64,000 nucleotides of DNA from Nibricoccus sp. Its GTDB lineage: Bacteria > Verrucomicrobiota > Verrucomicrobiia > Opitutales > Opitutaceae. Below, piece by piece: positions 18,518 to 28,675 of the stretch. Location of the stretch: NCBI GenBank assembly GCA_047602425.1, contig JASGHG010000001.1, forward strand, positions 1-64,000, read 5' to 3'. The notes beneath the pieces are model-generated. The model was not told where the DNA came from and did not search any database. It worked only from the letters and a program-made list of their open reading frames with translations. Position numbers and translations under genes: made by a program. The first letter of the stretch is position 1; each line of letters opens with the position of its first letter.

Positions 18518-21500
18518 TTACAGCTCGAAAGAAACGGTCAACATGAAGATGCGAGGATCAACGATGCGGTATGAAACTGCAGTACCATCGGGGAATGCGC
18601 TGATCGGTTGCAAGCGCCCGCCTTCCTGGAGATTCCGGGCATTGAGCTGGACCGTGGTGCCAATTTTATCGTGCCAGATCTTGGTTTTGTAACTGATGAA
18701 GGCATCGAGGTAGTAATGCTCTTTGTCATAGACAGGACGGTCACGATCGAGCGACTGATAAATGCCGTTGCTGTCCATGATACCGTAGTAGCCGATGGCT
18801 CCCTTGCTTTCATAGCGAAGCGCGCCGCCCACTTTCAGCTTTTTGATGAAGGGTTGGCTGGTGATGCCGGCGAGTTGATAGCTCGTGCTGATGCGGCCAG
18901 AATAGCGCCGGACGCTGGGGAGCGACTTACCTTCCTGCTGTTTGATGATGGCGTACGGAGCTTTCACGAAACCTTCGTAGTTGGCAGCGGCGGTGGTACC
19001 GTTGGCAGCGAAATCTCTGGTGCTGTTGTAAGGTGTCGTCCACCAAAGGCCGCCATTGGCGTTTGCGGTGTACCGCGGATCCACGACGCTTTGTAGAACC
19101 GGGAGGCGTTCATCGAGCCATTCCTGAACGGAATTGGAGATATTGGTATTCTTGGAGGTCTTTTCTTCGCCAGAAGCTGCAATCGTCCAATACTTGTTCG
19201 GGTTGAAGTTGACTTCCACTTCCGTACCCTTGGCTTCGACATCGTTGGTCGCGGCAATCGTGCCACTGGCGAACGCATCAATCAATGTCTGGGCGCGAGC
19301 ACGAGAGACCTTGGTAATAGCGGCGATCGCGTCCTCAGTCTGATCGGAATTGGCGACCCAAGTCGGATTGGCTAGAAGAAGCCAGCGCTCAGCGACGTCA
19401 TGTAGCTGATAGTTATCAGAGACACCTACACCAATATCCATGCGGAGAACACGCTGTGCGACAGTGTTCGCATCGCCGTTACGGGCGTTCAGCTGCTTGT
19501 TGTTGTAATGATTGACGCGGATGACGAGTCGGTTGTCCAACATGTTGATCCAGAGGCCAGCGTCTTTGCCTTCACCAGTGATGTTCGGCAGTTGGCGAAG
19601 TTGAAGATCGATGGCCGGGGCCTGCGGGAAGAAGGTGTCCGACCAGTTGTAGGTGAACGCGAGACCACGGAGGAATTGGCCCCAATGACGTTGGAATCCC
19701 GAGCCCTCGGCTGCCTTGGTCACGAAACCAAGATCGCGGAATGGACGCACAACGCCACCGTACGTCTTGGTTTTGCCGCTTGCAAAACGGTAGTCGCCGC
19801 CAGCCCAGTGATTATTGGCCTCCCAGTTGTGTTCAGTTAAATTATCGACGAGAAATTGGGGCGTAGCGCCAAACTTGGAGTAAACTTTGTCTTCACGGAG
19901 GCCCCCGTTGACGATGAGTTTGCCGTCCCAAAGCTGGCTTTGTAGCACCACACCATTGGTTTTGATCGTCTGCTGCAAATTGGAGAAACCACCCGTGCCG
20001 TCCGTGGTAGCCCAGCGGCCCAACGTTGCCCTCTCGCTGACAAAACCGGTTGTGGTCGTATTGGCGCCAGGCGTTGTACCAAAGTGGTAGTCGTAATTGC
20101 CGTAGGCGTATTCAGAGGGAGCGTAGTCAACGTTATTGCCCGTCGCATCACCCACATAGTAGCGGATAAAATTACGGAAAAGTCCCTGACCGGCAATGAT
20201 CGATGAGTCAGAATTCCCGGATTGGTTGGCTCGAGCCGCCTTGGGATCAATACCTGTTTGACCGGGGGCGGTCCAGGCGTGATTCGAAGTCATGATGTCG
20301 CGGTAGACGTACTGGCGGTTCAAGCGGTATTTATACTCAGTATAACCAGAAAGTTGATGGGTGCCGAACCACTTGAGGGCTCCAGACTCCTTGCTGAGGT
20401 CAATGCGATAGGAGAACTGACCGCGATAGGTGTCCCAAGTGCTCGGTTTGTAGACCGTGCGTGGTTCGGAAACGCCGATAAACGTGCGGCCATAATAGGC
20501 GTTGGGAGTGCCGTCGAGATTCGTCGTATTGACATCGACAAAGAGCTGTCCGCTGACACCGGAATTGCCGGAATTACCGATTGGGGTGCGTTCGTAACTT
20601 TCGTTATCTTCACGCAACGCCGCCACTTGGACGGTCAGGTTTTGCCGTGCTGTATTCAGGATGATCTGGTCGAGTTGTCCGAGATACATTTTGGTCGAAT
20701 ACCGCAAGCGATTGACCGCAGAGAGATTGATCTCCGACCAATCATAGAGGGATTTGTCGCTGACGACGGGAACGGTGGAGAAAAGAGGCTGGCTGCCAAT
20801 GCGCCCGCCGGAGTTGTTGCCAATGATTCCGTAGCCGGGACTGGAGAGCTGAAGGCGAAGCGTGCCAGAACTTGTAAAGGGCGTGACTTTGGAGGACGAG
20901 ACGGGGTCGGTCCAGTAGCCGATGCCATTTTGATCCACATAAATGTTCGACCGTTGGAACATGTAGTTAGGACGGAAGAAGAAATCGGGCACTGTATTGT
21001 CGCTCGCCTGCGGTGCAGAGGTCACGCCGTTCACAGTGTAAGTGGAGGTATTTGGATTCCACGACGGGCTGCCTTGCGAGCGCCAGTAAGTGACGTTGTC
21101 GCGCGGTGGTGTGAAGTTGGGACGGTTGCCGTAGCTCTTATAATCGATCGCGAGACCGGTGAGTGTGGTGTATTTGAACGGTTGGAATTTGACCATCGCG
21201 TTCAAACGGCGGGTCTTCATGCCCGAAGGATTGCGCTGAAACTCCTCGTCCTGATATCCACCGACCGCACGGATCGCGAGAAAGTTCTTTTTGAGGACGA
21301 CATTGGTATCAAAAACAGTACGCCATCCCTTATAGCTATCTGCGCGAAGTTCGATCATGGTTCGATTGCGCAGGAGGTTGGCAGAAACGGGAACCTGATT
21401 GACGGTGCCGCCTGCGTTACCGAGACCAAAAACGTTGGCATTGGGACCACGACTGACTTCGATGGCCTCGACCAACATCGAGTCAACGGGCATCGCTTTG

Positions 21501-22045
21501 GAAACTTCGAAGTTAGCAAAGGACTGGTTGGCCGCGGAAATACCGCGGAGGCGGTTGGCGTTATTCGGATTGAGCTGGGTATTATCAAAAGCCTGACCAT
21601 TGCGATCGACGACGAAGTCGGTGTAGGTGCCAGTACCCTCGGCGTTGCTGACGTAGTTAAATACGTCGTTGATATCGACCATGCCAAAATCAGTCATCTG
21701 ATCTTTGTTCATGATGGTCATCGACGAGCCGATGTCTTCGATCTTCGTTTTGAAACGAGTGCCGGACATGGTGCTGGACGAGTAGTAACCTCTGTTGCTG
21801 GTCACCACTTCGAAAGGCGACAGCACAAGAATTTCGTCGCCGGCTCCGGCGTCCGATTTGTCCTCTTTAACGGTTTCAACGGGGATTTTTTTCTCCGGCT
21901 CAGCTGTTTTGTTTGTTTCAGCTGGTTTGGCAGGGGTCGCAGTTCCATCGGGTGGTGTCTGGCCGAATGCCAGGGGAACCGTTGGCAATGCGAGCGACAA
22001 GGCGGATACCTGTAGGATCCGCCTGAGACGGGTGTAGTTTTTCAT
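18518..22045 (-). CDS. Large TonB-dependent receptor
   Basis: Signal peptide from MKNYTR (ATG 22045), ILVLSPFEV, SSTMSGTR plug, IEVSRGPNANVFGLG, QLNARNL, C-terminal PRIFMLTVSFEL. Confidence 0.9.
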   Translation of the reverse strand: MKNYTRLRRILQVSALSLALPTVPLAFGQTPPDGTATPAKPAETNKTAEPEKKIPVETVKEDKSDAGAGDEILVLSPFEVVTSNRGYYSSSTMSGTRFKTKIEDIGSSMTIMNKDQMTDFGMVDINDVFNYVSNAEGTGTYTDFVVDRNGQAFDNTQLNPNNANRLRGISAANQSFANFEVSKAMPVDSMLVEAIEVSRGPNANVFGLGNAGGTVNQVPVSANLLRNRTMIELRADSYKGWRTVFDTNVVLKKNFLAIRAVGGYQDEEFQRNPSGMKTRRLNAMVKFQPFKYTTLTGLAIDYKSYGNRPNFTPPRDNVTYWRSQGSPSWNPNTSTYTVNGVTSAPQASDNTVPDFFFRPNYMFQRSNIYVDQNGIGYWTDPVSSSKVTPFTSSGTLRLQLSSPGYGIIGNNSGGRIGSQPLFSTVPVVSDKSLYDWSEINLSAVNRLRYSTKMYLGQLDQIILNTARQNLTVQVAALREDNESYERTPIGNSGNSGVSGQLFVDVNTTNLDGTPNAYYGRTFIGVSEPRTVYKPSTWDTYRGQFSYRIDLSKESGALKWFGTHQLSGYTEYKYRLNRQYVYRDIMTSNHAWTAPGQTGIDPKAARANQSGNSDSSIIAGQGLFRNFIRYYVGDATGNNVDYAPSEYAYGNYDYHFGTTPGANTTTTGFVSERATLGRWATTDGTGGFSNLQQTIKTNGVVLQSQLWDGKLIVNGGLREDKVYSKFGATPQFLVDNLTEHNWEANNHWAGGDYRFASGKTKTYGGVVRPFRDLGFVTKAAEGSGFQRHWGQFLRGLAFTYNWSDTFFPQAPAIDLQLRQLPNITGEGKDAGLWINMLDNRLVIRVNHYNNKQLNARNGDANTVAQRVLRMDIGVGVSDNYQLHDVAERWLLLANPTWVANSDQTEDAIAAITKVSRARAQTLIDAFASGTIAATNDVEAKGTEVEVNFNPNKYWTIAASGEEKTSKNTNISNSVQEWLDERLPVLQSVVDPRYTANANGGLWWTTPYNSTRDFAANGTTAAANYEGFVKAPYAIIKQQEGKSLPSVRRYSGRISTSYQLAGITSQPFIKKLKVGGALRYESKGAIGYYGIMDSNGIYQSLDRDRPVYDKEHYYLDAFISYKTKIWHDKIGTTVQLNARNLQEGGRLQPISAFPDGTAVSYRIVDPRIFMLTVSFEL

Positions 22046-22694
22046 AGGTAGTATCGTACGTCCGGCAAAAACAACTAAGCCGGTGGGTCTGGGTTTGTAA
22101 GTTAGGCCGTATTTAACGGATAACTCAGGGAGGGTTAGGGCTGGTGTGATCGATCGCAAAAGCCATGGGTGTGGCGCAGGATCTCGGACAAAGAAAAATC
22201 CGTAAGTGAAAACAAAACGCGTTCGCTCAAAGTGGCAACTCGGCCGTTGCTCACATCGTTGAATTCCGTGGGAAAACGCGTCGGTTCGTTTTGTTTCCGG
22301 ACATAGTCCAAGGTTCGGCCATGAGTCGTGCGACCGAAATCGTGGAGATTGTCCAATCGATGAAGCGTGGAGATCGAAGGGTACAAGATGCTTTTTCTTT
22401 ACGGGGGACGGACGTTTATGCCCGAGGGTAACAAGCTCCGTTGTCAGATGATGCATCGGATCGGGCAACGGAAATGTTAAGTAAAAATTGATGACAAATT
22501 GACGACACGAATTCTGCGCCTGAATGAAACTTGCAGCACCGTGAGCGCGGACGCGGTTGTCTCACTTGAAACTGAATTTTCTAAGATCCTCCTCTCCCCT
22601 TTCATCGGCGCGGTAAATCGTCGGGCAAAAATAACGATGCCGGCCTCGCCTGAGCAAGGACGGCATCGTGACCAACGCAATTCAGGAATACGCG

Positions 22695-24623
22695 TTACTT
22701 TTGAGGTGCCGCCGCCGCTTTCTTTTCGGGCAGCGCGCGGGTGGCGACTTCCTGTTTCACGCGTTCGAGGTACTGCGCGAAGGGCATCACGCCTTCGTCG
22801 CCTTTCGCACGGCTGCGAACGCTGACGGCTTGCGCCTCGGCTTCTTTCGCGCCGAGCACGAGCGTGTACGGAACCTTTTCAATTTCTGCACGGCGGATTT
22901 TGGCACCGAGCTTGTCGCTGTGCTCATCGAGCGTGGCGCGGAGGCCGGCGGCCCGAAGTTGCGCGAGCAGATTTTTGCCGTAGTCAGCGACTTTGTCGCT
23001 GATCGGCACGAGACGGATCTGCTCGGGCGCGAGCCAGACCGGGAAATCGCCGGCGAAGTGTTCGATGAGTACGCCGCAGAACCGTTCCATGGAGCCAAAC
23101 GGCGCGCGGTGGATCATCACGGGGCGATGCGGTTGGTTGTCGGCGCCGATGTACGAAAGGTCGAAACGCACGGGCAAATTGTAGTCGACTTGGACAGTGC
23201 CGAGCTGCCATTCGCGGCCGATGACGTCCTTGATCACGAAATCGATTTTCGGGCCGTAGAAGGCGGCTTCGCCGGGCTCCTCGGTGAAAGGAACGCCGAG
23301 GGTTTTCGCCGCTTCGCGGCAGGCGTTCTCGGCCTTGTCCCAGTTTTCGGCGGTGCCGGTGTACTTATTGGAATCGGGATCGCGCAGGCCAACGCGCACG
23401 CGGTAGTCGGCCATGCCGAGTGTTGAGAGCACAGTCTTCACGAGCGAAAGACAGCCGAGAACTTCGGCTCCAACTTGCTCCTCGGTGCAGAAGAGATGCG
23501 CGTCGTCCTGCGTGAAACCGCGAACGCGGGTCAGGCCGTTGAGTTCGCCGGACTGCTCCCAACGGTAAACGGTGCCGAATTCCGCGAGGCGCACGGGCAG
23601 GTCGCGGTACGAGTGCGGCTGAGAAGCAAAGATCTTGATGTGGTGCGGGCAGTTCATCGGCTTCAGCATGAAGCCGTCGAGGAGCTTGTCGGCGTCCATC
23701 ACGCGGTCCTTGCCGATCATTTCCTTACCGACACGAGCATTGAGCTGGTCGGCGAATTGCGAGGAAACGGCTTCGAGGCGCGCGGTGAGCTCGGCGCAGC
23801 CGCAGCCTTCGGTGGCGAGCTTGGCGATGGCGTCAGGCTCGGCAAAGGCGGGAAACTGCGACTCCTTGTAATACGGGAAGTGACCGGAGGTCTTGTAGAG
23901 CGTGAGTTTGCCGATGTGCGGCGTGAAGACCTGCGAGTAGCCCTGCTTGCGGAGTTCGCCGCCGATGAAGTCCTGCAACTCTTGGCGAATGATGGAACCG
24001 TTCGGCGTCCAAAGGATGAGGCCCTGGCCCACGTCTTCGTCGATGTGGAAAAGTTTCAGGTCCTTGCCGAGCTTGCGGTGGTCGCGGAGCTTGGCCTGTT
24101 CCTGGCGCTCGAGGTACTGCGCGAGTTCTTCCTTGGTGGCGAAGGCGGTGCCGTAGATGCGTTGGAGCTGTTTGTTTTTCTCGTCGCCGCGATGATACGC
24201 GCCGGCGATGGAGAGCAGTTTGAATGCTTTCAGTTTCGACGAATAGCGCACGTGCGTGCCGGCGCAGAGGTCGATGAATTCGCCATTCTGGTAGAACGAG
24301 ATTTTTTCGCCCTCGGGAATGTCGGCGAGACGGCCGAGTTTGTAGCGTTCCTGGCCGATTTTCTTGATGATCTCGACGGCTTCCTCACGGGAAACTTCCT
24401 TGCGGATAAACGCTTGGTTTTCGTCGGCGATTTTCTTCATCTCCGCTTCGAGTTTCGTCAGGTCTTCCTGCGTCAGCTTGTGGTCCAGATCGACGTCGTA
24501 ATAAAAACCGGTGTCGGTCGGAGGTCCGATATCGAGCTTCACGTCGGGAAAAACGCGAAGGAGTGCGGTGGCCAGCACGTGTGAGCACGAGTGCCGGATT
24601 TCTTCGAGCGGAGTCATTGCCAT
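22695..24623 (-). CDS. thrS: Threonine--tRNA ligase (no TGS domain; insertion in catalytic domain)
   Basis: RHSCSH, DLCAGTH, RDHRKLG, KPMNCPHH, RVRGFTQDDAH, AAFYGPKID, HRAPFGSMERF. Confidence 0.97.
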   Translation of the reverse strand: MAMTPLEEIRHSCSHVLATALLRVFPDVKLDIGPPTDTGFYYDVDLDHKLTQEDLTKLEAEMKKIADENQAFIRKEVSREEAVEIIKKIGQERYKLGRLADIPEGEKISFYQNGEFIDLCAGTHVRYSSKLKAFKLLSIAGAYHRGDEKNKQLQRIYGTAFATKEELAQYLERQEQAKLRDHRKLGKDLKLFHIDEDVGQGLILWTPNGSIIRQELQDFIGGELRKQGYSQVFTPHIGKLTLYKTSGHFPYYKESQFPAFAEPDAIAKLATEGCGCAELTARLEAVSSQFADQLNARVGKEMIGKDRVMDADKLLDGFMLKPMNCPHHIKIFASQPHSYRDLPVRLAEFGTVYRWEQSGELNGLTRVRGFTQDDAHLFCTEEQVGAEVLGCLSLVKTVLSTLGMADYRVRVGLRDPDSNKYTGTAENWDKAENACREAAKTLGVPFTEEPGEAAFYGPKIDFVIKDVIGREWQLGTVQVDYNLPVRFDLSYIGADNQPHRPVMIHRAPFGSMERFCGVLIEHFAGDFPVWLAPEQIRLVPISDKVADYGKNLLAQLRAAGLRATLDEHSDKLGAKIRRAEIEKVPYTLVLGAKEAEAQAVSVRSRAKGDEGVMPFAQYLERVKQEVATRALPEKKAAAAPQK

Positions 24624-24720
24624 GATATGTGTTGGTTTTGGTCCTGCGTACGATTGCAGGGCCGGAACGGGTGACTTGAACGCAAAGTCTGCCCGACGCC
24701 AAGAACGGAAAATGCGCGAA

Positions 24721-27600
24721 TCAGACGCGCGTAGCCTTGGTGTTGTTCGCGATTGCGCCAGCGAGCAAACGGCGAAGCGTGGCCACGTCGAAGGGCTTCT
24801 GGATAAAGCCCGCCAGGCCTTGGCCGGAGAAAAGCGCCGTCGCTTCCTGCTCGCTGTAACCGCTCATCAGCATGACCGGGACGTCCGCATCGATGCCGCG
24901 AATCGCCGCGAAGGCCTGCGATCCATCGAGTTTAGGCATCGTGAGGTCGAGCAAAACGAGTTTGAGAAATTGATGGTTCATCCGGAATTGCTCGACGCCA
25001 TCCTGTCCATCGACCGCCAAAATCACTGTGTAGCCAAGCGAGGCGAGAATTCTCGCCATGACTTCCCGCACAGTTTCTTCGTCGTCGACTACAAGCACAG
25101 CCCCACCGGTCCCGACTGTCGTTTCGGCAAAGGGCGAACGCGTGGGCGTATCGTAGGAGCCAAGGACACAAGGAAGAAGCATGCGGAATGTCGTTCCCTT
25201 CCCCAGCTCGGAAGAAACGCAGAGCGTGCCCTGGTGCCCACGCACAATTCCCAAGACAGCCGCCAGCCCCAGGCCGCGGCCAGTGAACTTAGTGGTAAAG
25301 AATGGTTCGAAAATGCGTTTGAGATTTTCGGGCTGGATACCGCACCCAGTATCGCGCACTTCGAGGAAAACGTAATCGCCTGGCGCCAGCGGATCCGCGA
25401 TTTCGCTTCGCATGAGATAATTCCGGTCCGCGTGCATCAAGCCGGTGTGCACGAAAATATCGCCCGGCTGGTCGCCGATGGCCTCCGAGGCGTTGATCAC
25501 CAGATTCATGATGACCTGGCTGATCTGGGCGGAATCGACCTGCACAGGCGGCAGATCGCGGGCGAGATCGTAGTGAAGCGTGGCCTTCTTGCTGATAGAG
25601 ATAGTGAGTAGTTGAGTTGTTTCCTCGACGATGCGACTGAGGTCGAGCTTCTTGATGATAAAACGGCCGCGACCGGAATAGGCCAGCATCTGGCGGATCA
25701 AGTCCGCCGCGCGCTGCGACGCATCCGCTATGCCCTGCAGGTGTTTCCGCACCGGCGAATCCTCGGGGGTGTCCAGCTGGGCGAGGCTGTTGTTGCCCAC
25801 GATGCCGGTAAGGATGTTGTTGAAATCGTGCGCGATGCCGCCAGCGAGCACGCCCAGGCTTTCGAGTTTCTGCGTTTCCATCAGCTTCTGCTCAAGCTGG
25901 GCGCGTTCTGCCTCGGCGAGTTTCAGCATGGTGATATCGCGCGTAAACATGACGACGCCTCCGATGGAGCCGTCCATGTGCGTCCACGGGCGAACCTCGT
26001 AGCTTAACCACTGCTTTGAACCATCCGCGCGGATGAAAAGGTCCGCCTCGGAGCGAATAATCTGGCCGGCGAGGCAGTTTTTATGGTCCTCCTTCCAGCG
26101 ATCGGGAATCTCGGGAAACACCTCGTAGTGTGTCATGCCGACGATGTCTTTTTGCGGCAGGTGATAATCCGTGTACCACTGGCGGCTCGCGACGAGGTAG
26201 CGCATTTTGCGGTCGAACATCGCCACCGCTGCCGGCGCGTGTTCGACAAAGGTCCGCAATAAAGCTTCGCTGTCACGCAACGCCCGGTCGGCTTTCAACC
26301 GGCGCGTGATGTCGGTGAAATTACTCACCACGGCAATCACCGTTCCCTCCACGTCGCGGATGGGTTGGGTGTTGACGGAAATCCAGACCAGCGAATTGTC
26401 GCCCCGATAAATGCCCATCACCACGTCGCGCTTCGCTTCACCCGTGCGCAAGGTTTGCATGAATGGATGTTCTTCCGGTGGAAAAAGCCGTTCGTCCTCA
26501 TGCACCGCGCGCAATGGCGTCTCCGCAAACGTTAGCCCGTGCAATTGATCGCGGTTGATGCCGAGTATGCGTTGGGCCGCGGCATTGGCATTGATGACGC
26601 GTCCCGAACTATCTCGAACCACCAACCCGTCCGCCATCGCCTCGATGATTGACGTCAAACGCTGCTGCGAGAACCGCAGTTCCTCCGTCATGCGCTTGAG
26701 CGCGGTGATATCGGATCTGATCGCGACGTATTGCTCCAAGTTTCCGTTCTCATCGATGAAAGGGACAATCGTGGTGTGTACCCAATAAAGCTGGCCGTTG
26801 CGCGCCTTGTTGCAGATTTCGCCATGCCAGACGCGGCGCTGGGTGATAGTGTCCCACATGCCCTTGAAAAATTCCACCGGGTGCACGTCCGATTTTATGA
26901 GGCGGTGATTTTGCCCAACCAGCTCCTCGCGGGAATATCCGCTGATCTGGCAGAACTTGTCGTTCGCGTAGGTGATCGTACCCTGCAAATCCGTGACCGC
27001 CACAATCGCGTGCTGGTCCAGGGCGAATTGCTGGCGCGAAACCACGTCGAGCGCATGGCGCAGTTTCGCGTCGGCTGCCCTCGACACCGTGCCGTTGGTC
27101 AACGGCCCCAGGAGCTCGACCAATTCCGATAAAAACCGAACCTCCTCGGCCCTCCACTCGCGCGGTTGCATGTCGATCACGCAAAAAGCTCCGACCACGT
27201 GGCCCTGCGCGCATTTAACGGGAACCCCGGCATATGCCACAAAACCGTTGTCCTTCACTGCCGACAGTTCGCACAGGGCGGGATCTTTGCGTGCATCGGA
27301 AATGGCCACCGGCTTGCCGGTTTCAACCACCAGCCGGCAAAACGAATCGCTCACCGGCCAGCGCGACCGTGCCGCTTGTTCACCGGACAAGCCACGCGCG
27401 GATTTCAATTCCTGCTCCGTTTCCAAAACCAATGAAAAGAGGCTTATCGGCGCCTTCAACTGCTGCGCAGCCAAGCGCGTCAGCCGGTCAATACCTGCGT
27501 CCGTACGCGAATCGAGTGGATTCAAGCGTCGCACTGCTGCCAGACGGCCCGGATCTACGAGCGCGTTGCGTGGAGAGATCACAGGCCCGTAATGAAACAA
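24721..27600 (-). CDS. Hybrid sensor histidine kinase (GAF-PAS-PAS-PAS-HisKA-HATPase-REC)
   Basis: GAF (AYAGVPV..GAFCVID), three PAS/PAC domains, AGGIAHDFNNIL, NLVINASEA, FTTKFTGRGLGL, receiver LLDLTMP. Confidence 0.92.
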   Translation of the reverse strand: MFHYGPVISPRNALVDPGRLAAVRRLNPLDSRTDAGIDRLTRLAAQQLKAPISLFSLVLETEQELKSARGLSGEQAARSRWPVSDSFCRLVVETGKPVAISDARKDPALCELSAVKDNGFVAYAGVPVKCAQGHVVGAFCVIDMQPREWRAEEVRFLSELVELLGPLTNGTVSRAADAKLRHALDVVSRQQFALDQHAIVAVTDLQGTITYANDKFCQISGYSREELVGQNHRLIKSDVHPVEFFKGMWDTITQRRVWHGEICNKARNGQLYWVHTTIVPFIDENGNLEQYVAIRSDITALKRMTEELRFSQQRLTSIIEAMADGLVVRDSSGRVINANAAAQRILGINRDQLHGLTFAETPLRAVHEDERLFPPEEHPFMQTLRTGEAKRDVVMGIYRGDNSLVWISVNTQPIRDVEGTVIAVVSNFTDITRRLKADRALRDSEALLRTFVEHAPAAVAMFDRKMRYLVASRQWYTDYHLPQKDIVGMTHYEVFPEIPDRWKEDHKNCLAGQIIRSEADLFIRADGSKQWLSYEVRPWTHMDGSIGGVVMFTRDITMLKLAEAERAQLEQKLMETQKLESLGVLAGGIAHDFNNILTGIVGNNSLAQLDTPEDSPVRKHLQGIADASQRAADLIRQMLAYSGRGRFIIKKLDLSRIVEETTQLLTISISKKATLHYDLARDLPPVQVDSAQISQVIMNLVINASEAIGDQPGDIFVHTGLMHADRNYLMRSEIADPLAPGDYVFLEVRDTGCGIQPENLKRIFEPFFTTKFTGRGLGLAAVLGIVRGHQGTLCVSSELGKGTTFRMLLPCVLGSYDTPTRSPFAETTVGTGGAVLVVDDEETVREVMARILASLGYTVILAVDGQDGVEQFRMNHQFLKLVLLDLTMPKLDGSQAFAAIRGIDADVPVMLMSGYSEQEATALFSGQGLAGFIQKPFDVATLRRLLAGAIANNTKATRV

Positions 27601-27685
27601 TCTTGTAGCGACCCGTCAACTACAAGGGTGCATTATTGCGTAACGGTATCAGGCTGATACCGGCAAAAGCGCGGACTCGGGTTCG

Positions 27686-28525
27686 TCAGGCTCGTGGCCG
27701 GGCAACCCGTTTGATCACGGCGCTGATGTCCTCCTCCGCCAGCCCTTCCGATGCCGCCGCTTGGTAAATGCCACGCAGGGTTTCCAGCAACGGATAATCG
27801 TTTCCACCGATGGTGTGCGCCGCCAGTTTTAGATCTTTCAGGAGGTGTTTGACGGAAAACTGCGGTGAGAAATCGCCTGCGCGCAGCTTGGGTTCCTTCA
27901 ACCGGCTGACACCGGAAAAACTCACGTTCTTCGCCAGGGCGTTAAAGAAGACATCGTCCGTCAATCCGGCTTGGCGGGCCATGGTCAGGGCCTCGGCCAG
28001 GCCTTGGAGGTGCGCGGCGATGTTCAGGTTCATCGCCAGCTTCAATGTCGCTGCCTGCTGGTTGGTGCCGATGTGAAACCGCGTCTCGGAAACAAGCGCC
28101 AGCAATGGTTCGAGTTCCGCAACCAAGTTTGCGTCGCCTCCAAGATAGTAGACAGTTTTGCGTTCTTCCGCCGCCGGCTTGCTGCCGGTAAACGGCGCTT
28201 CCAAATAACGTGCGCCGCGCGAAAGCACGAGTTGACGGAATTTCTCGCTGCTCTCCGGATCGATCGTGCTCGACTGCACCACGGTTTTTCCCGGACGCAA
28301 CAAGGGCACAATCCGCTCCAGCACGCTTTCCACCGCCGGCGGATCCGCTACGACGATTTGAACCACGTCCGCAGTGTGCGCCACCGCCTCGGGCGTGGAC
28401 TTCCATAGCGGCGCGTCGGGTTGCGGCGTGCGATTCCATGTTCCGACCAGCACACCGGCATTTGCGTAGTGTCCGGCCCAGATGCGCCCGATGATGCCAA
28501 GTCCAATAACTCCGATGGTTTTCAT
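27686..28525 (-). CDS. NAD(P)-dependent oxidoreductase, 3-hydroxyisobutyrate dehydrogenase family
   Basis: IGLGIIG, WNRT, SSTIDP, LEAPFTGSK, KLAMN, KDL. Confidence 0.88.
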   Translation of the reverse strand: MKTIGVIGLGIIGRIWAGHYANAGVLVGTWNRTPQPDAPLWKSTPEAVAHTADVVQIVVADPPAVESVLERIVPLLRPGKTVVQSSTIDPESSEKFRQLVLSRGARYLEAPFTGSKPAAEERKTVYYLGGDANLVAELEPLLALVSETRFHIGTNQQAATLKLAMNLNIAAHLQGLAEALTMARQAGLTDDVFFNALAKNVSFSGVSRLKEPKLRAGDFSPQFSVKHLLKDLKLAAHTIGGNDYPLLETLRGIYQAAASEGLAEEDISAVIKRVARPRA

Positions 28526-28675
28526 AGGAAAATTTTAATTCTATTGTTTAGTTGAACGGAGTCGAAAATAGAAGTCCCGCGCGATGTTATCGCAGCTGAA
28601 GTTGGAAACGACCGGTTCGACCGCTCACGTCTTGTTTCAAACAGGTATTAAATCCTTCTGCGTCGCAACTCGCGA

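Noticed and set aside
22046..22468. 141-aa N-terminal extension of the TBDR in the ORF track
   Set aside because: The signal peptide begins at ATG 22045 and the upstream translation is not protein-like
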